64,000 bases of DNA from Oceanospirillaceae bacterium. Lineage in GTDB: Bacteria > Pseudomonadota > Gammaproteobacteria > Pseudomonadales > Balneatricaceae. The notes below the pieces were generated by a model. The model saw only the letters and a program-made list of their open reading frames with translations, searched no databases and had not been told where the DNA came from. The stretch's first letter is position 1, and every line of letters starts with the position of its first letter. The stretch lies in the NCBI GenBank assembly GCA_018647765.1, contig JABGSN010000030.1, positions 549-64,548 of the forward strand. Reading direction: 5' to 3'. Below are positions 58,984-64,000 of this stretch, piece after piece. Both the position numbers and the translations under genes were made by a program.

Positions 58984-60477
58984 TCACCGCATTATAAATG
59001 GATCCGCCATCGGTTCGCTAGACGTATTGATCCAGACGGTTTTGAGCTGCGTGTAATCTTTTACACCATCTATACCGCTCTCTCGGCCATAACCACTGGC
59101 CTTAAAACCACCGATGGCGCCCATGGGCGATACGGCACGATATGTGTTGACCCAAATGATACCGGCTTGTACGGCTTTGCTCATGCGGTGCACACGGGCG
59201 TTGTCGCGGGTCCAAATGCCTGCAGCCAAACCAAACGCACTGTCGTTGGCAAGCGCAAGGGCATGGGCTTCGTCGCTAAAGCGCATGATGCTGGCAACCG
59301 GGCCAAAGACTTCCTCTTGCATAATACTGCACTGGTTAGACTCAACGGCAAGGATGGTCGGTTGATAATACCAGCCATCTCCAGCCACTGACGCACGTTG
59401 ACCGCCGTGTATTAATTGCGCACCTTGGGCTAATGCAGACGCTACCATTCGCTCTACTAAGGCGAGTTGGGGCTGGGTTGCCATGGGGCCCATTTCTGAA
59501 CTCGGGTCCATGGGGTCGCCAATGACGATGTTGGCCACCCGTGTTTTTAGTGCGTTCAGGAACTCATCGTACACGGCGTCTTGCACGAGCAAGCGGCTAC
59601 CTGCCACACAGCTTTGGCCCGAGGCTGCAAAAATGCCCGCGATCACGCCGTTCACGGCGCTGCCTATGTCGGCATCATCAAAGATGATGTTGGGGGATTT
59701 TCCACCTAACTCTAAGCTCAACTGAGCTAAGTTTTCTGCACTATTTTTAACTACGGCTTTGGCGCCTTGGCCACCGCCGGTAAAGGCAATACGACGTACT
59801 AAGGGATGTTTGGTTAGGGCCGAACCCGTGTCGGCACCAAAACCGGTCACTACGTTCACCACACCGTCCGGGAAGCCGGCTTGTTTGACTAAATGCATCA
59901 GCTCAACAATAGTCGCAGAGGCATGCTCGGAAGGTTTGAGTACCACTGTGTTGCCAGCTGCTAAGGCGGGGGCTAGTTTAACCGCCGTTAGGTACATGGG
60001 TGAATTCCACGGAATAATGGCCGCTACCACGCCCAATGGCTCATGGCTGGTGTAGGCGAACATGTCGCTTTTGTCTAACGGTAGTGTTTGGCCTTCTAGT
60101 TTATCGGCCTGGCCCGCGTAGTAATAGAAGAACTCGGGCATGTAGCCTATTTGGCCTAGTGTTTCGCGTATCAGTTTGCCATTGTCGTTGCTTTCTAATT
60201 GTGCCAAACGTTGTTTGCTGGCGGCGATCAAATCCCCCAGTTTACGTAATAATTTGCCCCGTGCCGTGGCGTGTAGGCTGCGCCACGTTGGGTTTTCAAA
60301 GGCATTTTGTGCCGCTTGCACGGCGGCATCGACATCGGCTTCCTGCGCGTGTGGAAAACTCGCCCATGGTTGCGCGTTAGCCGGGTTTAAACTATCAAAG
60401 CGGCTGCCATCTTGTGCATCTAGCCATTGGCCATTGATGAACATTTGATATTGTTTAAGGGACTGAGTTGTGGCCAT
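58984..60477 (-). CDS. Aldehyde dehydrogenase (TgnC-like)
   Basis: NDNGKLIRET, IIPWNSP, LELGGKSP, ASGQSCVAGSR, WVNTYRAVSP. Confidence 0.85.
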   Translation of the reverse strand: MATTQSLKQYQMFINGQWLDAQDGSRFDSLNPANAQPWASFPHAQEADVDAAVQAAQNAFENPTWRSLHATARGKLLRKLGDLIAASKQRLAQLESNDNGKLIRETLGQIGYMPEFFYYYAGQADKLEGQTLPLDKSDMFAYTSHEPLGVVAAIIPWNSPMYLTAVKLAPALAAGNTVVLKPSEHASATIVELMHLVKQAGFPDGVVNVVTGFGADTGSALTKHPLVRRIAFTGGGQGAKAVVKNSAENLAQLSLELGGKSPNIIFDDADIGSAVNGVIAGIFAASGQSCVAGSRLLVQDAVYDEFLNALKTRVANIVIGDPMDPSSEMGPMATQPQLALVERMVASALAQGAQLIHGGQRASVAGDGWYYQPTILAVESNQCSIMQEEVFGPVASIMRFSDEAHALALANDSAFGLAAGIWTRDNARVHRMSKAVQAGIIWVNTYRAVSPMGAIGGFKASGYGRESGIDGVKDYTQLKTVWINTSSEPMADPFIMR

Positions 60478-60507
60478 TATGCCGCTCCTACACTGGGTAT
60501 TAAATAA

Positions 60508-61329
60508 TTACAGGTTATGCCGTGCCAAAAAATCGGCTAAGCATTGATTGACTTGGTTTGCATTTTCTACGGGCATCATGTGCCGAGCCGCGGTGATAAT
60601 ATGGGTGCTAGCCCCTTCAATTTTGTCTGCCAATGCATGACTCATGGTGGGCGTTGAACCTGGATCTAAGGCCCCTGTCATCACTAACGTTGGACAGCTG
60701 ATTTGGTCTAGCTGCGCTGCAGCAGCGTTATCGCCTTCGCCAAATAATCGGTAACAGCGGCTGTAGCTGGGCCGGTGGTTGTTTAACACCTTGTTACGCA
60801 GCTGCACCATATACGCTGGGTTAGCTCTAGCATACGCTGGGCTAAACCAACGTTCTAGTGCCTGATCAATATTGGCGCTGGGGCCATGTTGGTCCACCTG
60901 TGCGATGCGATAGAGAATGGCAGACCTTAATTGGGCGCTGCGGTTGAACACCGAGTTCATAATGACTAGGCTGTTGAGCCGCTCATTGTGAGCAGTGGCA
61001 AATACGCGGGCCACCAAACCACCCAAAGAAAACCCCACTAAGTTCACCTTGGGTAACTGCAAATGATCCATCAGCTGCAGTAACTGTTGGGCAAGGGTGG
61101 CTAAATCGGTTGCTGGCGTTGCATGCTGACTTAAGCCATGGCCGGTGAGGTCGTAGGTGAGCACTTGGTAATTTGAGGTAAGGGAACGCACTTGGCTTTG
61201 CCACATGGTGTGGTCTAAACCCACGCCATGGACCAGCACTATAGTGGGTTTGGTTGTGTCTCCAAACACCTGGTAATGGGTCCCTTGGTGCATTTTGAGT
61301 GGCAAACTTACACGGCCTTCTGCAGACAT
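60508..61329 (-). CDS. Alpha/beta hydrolase (TgnD-like)
   Basis: LVHGVGLD, VGFSLGG nucleophile elbow, TGALDPGSTP, RHMMPVE. Confidence 0.85.
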   Translation of the reverse strand: MSAEGRVSLPLKMHQGTHYQVFGDTTKPTIVLVHGVGLDHTMWQSQVRSLTSNYQVLTYDLTGHGLSQHATPATDLATLAQQLLQLMDHLQLPKVNLVGFSLGGLVARVFATAHNERLNSLVIMNSVFNRSAQLRSAILYRIAQVDQHGPSANIDQALERWFSPAYARANPAYMVQLRNKVLNNHRPSYSRCYRLFGEGDNAAAAQLDQISCPTLVMTGALDPGSTPTMSHALADKIEGASTHIITAARHMMPVENANQVNQCLADFLARHNL

Positions 61330-61928
61330 TAGGCTTCTGCTGTGGCTTTTTCTGCGGCGATTTCTTCCAAGTCCATATAGCGGTTACCAATGCGTGGGTG
61401 TGCACGGCCGCCATCGGAGCCGCCTAATACAACGATGATTTCATCGGCTGCGGGGGCGTCTTCAATATGCATTTCTAAGGTAATGTAGTGAGAGCGGAAT
61501 CCCGCATCATCTTTGTGCATCATTGGGATTTGAATGGAGGTGCCGGCAGGGCCACGCTTGTTGGTGAAGCTTAAGTAACTTTGGGCATTCACTGCGTCAC
61601 GGAAGTGGTTACCAAAACGTAGAGTGTGAATGATGCCGGAGGCATGCTCAATTTCGCCATTTAAACCAATTACAGCGGCTTTGCCGTAGGCTTCGATCGC
61701 GTCGCCACTGGGGAAGTGAGACAAAATAGCTGCCACCATTTCTGCGCCCAATTGGGAGCAACCAGCGGTGATTTCTGGGCGTAGGTTTTCAACAAACCCT
61801 TGGCCTGCCCATGGGTTCTTAATCACATAAGCCACGCCCACCATTTTAATCGGGGTGGCTGCTGCTTTGCCGCCTTCAATGCGGGTTTCTTCGATGTGGG
61901 TAACGACTTTTCTGACTTCAAAATACAT
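61329..61928 (-). CDS. Amino-acid-synthesis family (DUF1185/AA_synth) protein (TgnF-like)
   Basis: VIKNPWAG.GFVENL, EAYGKAAVIGLNGEIEHAS, FGNHFR, DAPAADEI, GRAHPRIG. Confidence 0.85.
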   Translation of the reverse strand: MYFEVRKVVTHIEETRIEGGKAAATPIKMVGVAYVIKNPWAGQGFVENLRPEITAGCSQLGAEMVAAILSHFPSGDAIEAYGKAAVIGLNGEIEHASGIIHTLRFGNHFRDAVNAQSYLSFTNKRGPAGTSIQIPMMHKDDAGFRSHYITLEMHIEDAPAADEIIVVLGGSDGGRAHPRIGNRYMDLEEIAAEKATAEA

Positions 61929-61932
61929 GGTC

Positions 61933-62976
61933 TTATTCCTGATTAAAATTGGGCATCACTTTGTCTATAAATAACTGTAACGACTTTTTCTTTTCGGCAT
62001 GGGGTAGGCCGTTGTCACTCCAGAAGCTAAATTGGGTAATGCCAAGGTTTTCATAATGTTTGATACGCTGGGTCACTTCTGTGGGCGTGCCAATGAGTAA
62101 ATTTTGGTGGAGTTCGTCCAGATCAAAACCCGGCATCTCGCTCATTTGGGTATCGGTAAGGGGTTTCACAAAACCATCTACAGGCTCTTGGTCATTTTTG
62201 AACCACGCGTAAAAATAGCCGTACCAATCGCGTAGGGCCTGGGCACCTTTGCGCCAATCTTCGCCTTCTTCGTGGACCCATGTATGGCGTAGGGCGAGTA
62301 ATTGTGGCGTGGGTTTTTCTGGGTTGTTAATACACGCCTGTTTAAAACGTTGACTAGCCATTTCTATCACCGCGTCACCGGCAATCAGTGGCGTCACCAT
62401 TACGTTACAGTCACTGCTCACTGCATAGTCGTGGGATTCTTGTTCACGGGCCGCCACCCACATGGGGGGGAAGGGTTTTTGCGTGACACGAGGAATGGCC
62501 GTAGAGGTTGGAAATGAGTAATGCTCACCTTCGTGGGCGTAGTCTCCGGTCCACAATTTCTGTAGGGCAGGGATCATTTCTCGTAACGGGCCGCCGCCTT
62601 CTTTAGCGGGCATCTTGTCGGTCATGCGGTCAAATTCAGACTGATAGGCACCACGAGCAATGCCAAAATCCAAGCGGCCGTTGCTCATCATGTCGACCAA
62701 TGAGGCTTCACTGGCCAACCGTACTGGATTCCAAAAGGGCGCAACAATGGTGCCTAAACCTAAGCGAATGGTTTTAGTAATAGGTGCTAGGTAAGCCATA
62801 AAGTTAAGTGGGTTGGGGGATATGGTAAATTCCATCATGTGATGCTCACCGATCCAAACCGTTTCAAAACCTGCTTCTTCCGCCATTAATGTGAGTTCTA
62901 CCAACTCATCGAAGAGCTCCTTATGGGGCTTGGCTGGATCCGATCGTTCCATGTGCAGGAATAGAGAAAATTTCAT
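61933..62976 (-). CDS. LLM-class (luciferase-like) flavin-dependent monooxygenase (TgnB-like)
   Basis: MKFSLFLHMER, VWIGEHH.MEFTISP, ARGAYQSEFDRM, FPTSTAIPR, FSFWSDNGLPHAEKKKSL. Confidence 0.85.
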   Translation of the reverse strand: MKFSLFLHMERSDPAKPHKELFDELVELTLMAEEAGFETVWIGEHHMMEFTISPNPLNFMAYLAPITKTIRLGLGTIVAPFWNPVRLASEASLVDMMSNGRLDFGIARGAYQSEFDRMTDKMPAKEGGGPLREMIPALQKLWTGDYAHEGEHYSFPTSTAIPRVTQKPFPPMWVAAREQESHDYAVSSDCNVMVTPLIAGDAVIEMASQRFKQACINNPEKPTPQLLALRHTWVHEEGEDWRKGAQALRDWYGYFYAWFKNDQEPVDGFVKPLTDTQMSEMPGFDLDELHQNLLIGTPTEVTQRIKHYENLGITQFSFWSDNGLPHAEKKKSLQLFIDKVMPNFNQE

Positions 62977-63016
62977 GTTGCAGTCCCCCGAGAGGCAGAT
63001 TCGTTAATTTGTATTA

Positions 63017-63026
63017 TGGTATACCA
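63017..63026. promoter_or_regulatory. Candidate GntR/FadR-type operator upstream of the LLM operon
   Basis: TGGTATACCA palindrome about 40 bp upstream of the ATG, fits the T.GT...AC.A consensus. Confidence 0.55.
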
Positions 63027-63188
63027 AAAAACTTAGGCGGTGAATTTCAACATTGCTGGCTTATGAAGTCAAGAGTCCAGTTGCGCAGGGTTGGGTGGAG
63101 TGGGTGAAAATTAGCAAGTGGTGATTTAGTTTTACTTAGCGGCGATGGAGCTCAAGGTGGGTTGCTCCATCGTCACTTGAGCTAGGCC

Positions 63189-64000
63189 TTATGTAATCGC
63201 TTTGCAGGCACGGCTAAGCCCAATCCAAAGGCTGACGCACATCAGCAGCAAGACAATGGTGAACGGCAAACCGGTGGACACGGCCATGGCTTGCAGGGCA
63301 CCTAAGGCTTCTGAGCCACCCACTAATAATAATACAGCGGCCACCAAACCTTCAAACGAACACCAAAACACCCTTTGCGAAACCGGTGCGTCGGTTTTTC
63401 CGCCGGCGGTGATGGTATCGATCACCAAAGAACCTGAGTCTGAGGAAGTCACAAAGAATACCAGCACCAAGACGATGCCGATGAGTGACAAGAGTCCAGA
63501 TAAGGGGAATGGTTCGAGCATATGGAACAACTTAATTTCTTGCGCTACCGCGGCTACTGGGGCGCTAGTATCTGCAATCACTTGAGAGAGGGCAGTACCG
63601 CCAAACGTGGCCATCCACACAATACACAAAATGGTAGGTACCAAAATGACACAAATTAAGAATTCACGCACGGTACGACCCCAAGAAACACGGGCGATAA
63701 ACATGCCTACAAAGGGAGACCATGAGATCCACCAGGCCCAATAAAACGAAGTCCAGCCTTGTGAAAAGTTGGTATCTTCACGACCAAAGGGCATAGATAG
63801 AGGTATGAACTCGGTGATGTAAGCGGTAGCGCTAGAGAAGAGGGTGGTGATTATGTCTTTGGTGGGCCCAACTAAAAAAATAAAGGCCAGTAATATCAGT
63901 GCTAGAGCCATATTTAATTCGGACAATAATTTCACACCACCATCTAATCCACGAATGACCGAGGCGATGGCAATGGCAGAAATAAAGGTGATCAACACTA
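63189..64000 (-). CDS. BCCT family (betaine/carnitine/choline) transporter, 5' end outside the window
   Basis: WTSFYWAWWISWSPFVGMFIARVS.GRTVREF, FFVTSSDSGSLV, GLPF. Confidence 0.93.
   Translation of the reverse strand, partial: VLITFISAIAIASVIRGLDGGVKLLSELNMALALILLAFIFLVGPTKDIITTLFSSATAYITEFIPLSMPFGREDTNFSQGWTSFYWAWWISWSPFVGMFIARVSWGRTVREFLICVILVPTILCIVWMATFGGTALSQVIADTSAPVAAVAQEIKLFHMLEPFPLSGLLSLIGIVLVLVFFVTSSDSGSLVIDTITAGGKTDAPVSQRVFWCSFEGLVAAVLLLVGGSEALGALQAMAVSTGLPFTIVLLLMCVSLWIGLSRACKAIT

Overview
Bacterial chromosomal window of roughly 50% GC (visual estimate), gene-dense, Gammaproteobacteria-like (GroEL, YajQ/PanE, YciB/YciI, FxsA) and probably marine. Contents in order: (i) a methylated-amine/phosphonate block (partial LysR, non-pyrrolysine MttB-family methyltransferase, dimethylglycine dehydrogenase-like flavoprotein, PrpE, TmpAB-like oxygenases, LysR, pipecolate-oxidase-like flavoprotein, CalB-like ALDH); (ii) an orphan ParD-like antitoxin with a toxin relic; (iii) a phenylacetate cluster paaZEDCBA/KIG/Y/X lacking paaF/H/J, with two PaaX-type operators; (iv) a DUF4351/Rpn C-terminal relic; (v) flgIJKL-fliC behind a sigma-54 promoter; (vi) yciO and a frameshifted rfaH; (vii) housekeeping and metabolic genes (M20 hydrolase, GlcG, ThDP enzyme, astA, panE, yajQ, trhO, fxsA-groESL, ABC/DMT transporters, hydroxyproline epimerase, yciBI, ppiA, mnmC with a degenerate methyltransferase domain, lemA/TPM); (viii) a trigonelline/homarine-like N-methylpyridinium catabolic operon with extra CMD and Nudix genes, no flavin reductase, and a partial BCCT transporter. 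About nine copies of a REP-like palindromic repeat family sit at module boundaries, and two pairs of them bracket toxin-less antitoxin-like genes. No rRNA, tRNA, CRISPR array or intact transposase was seen. All family calls come from motif recognition and memory; no database search was run.
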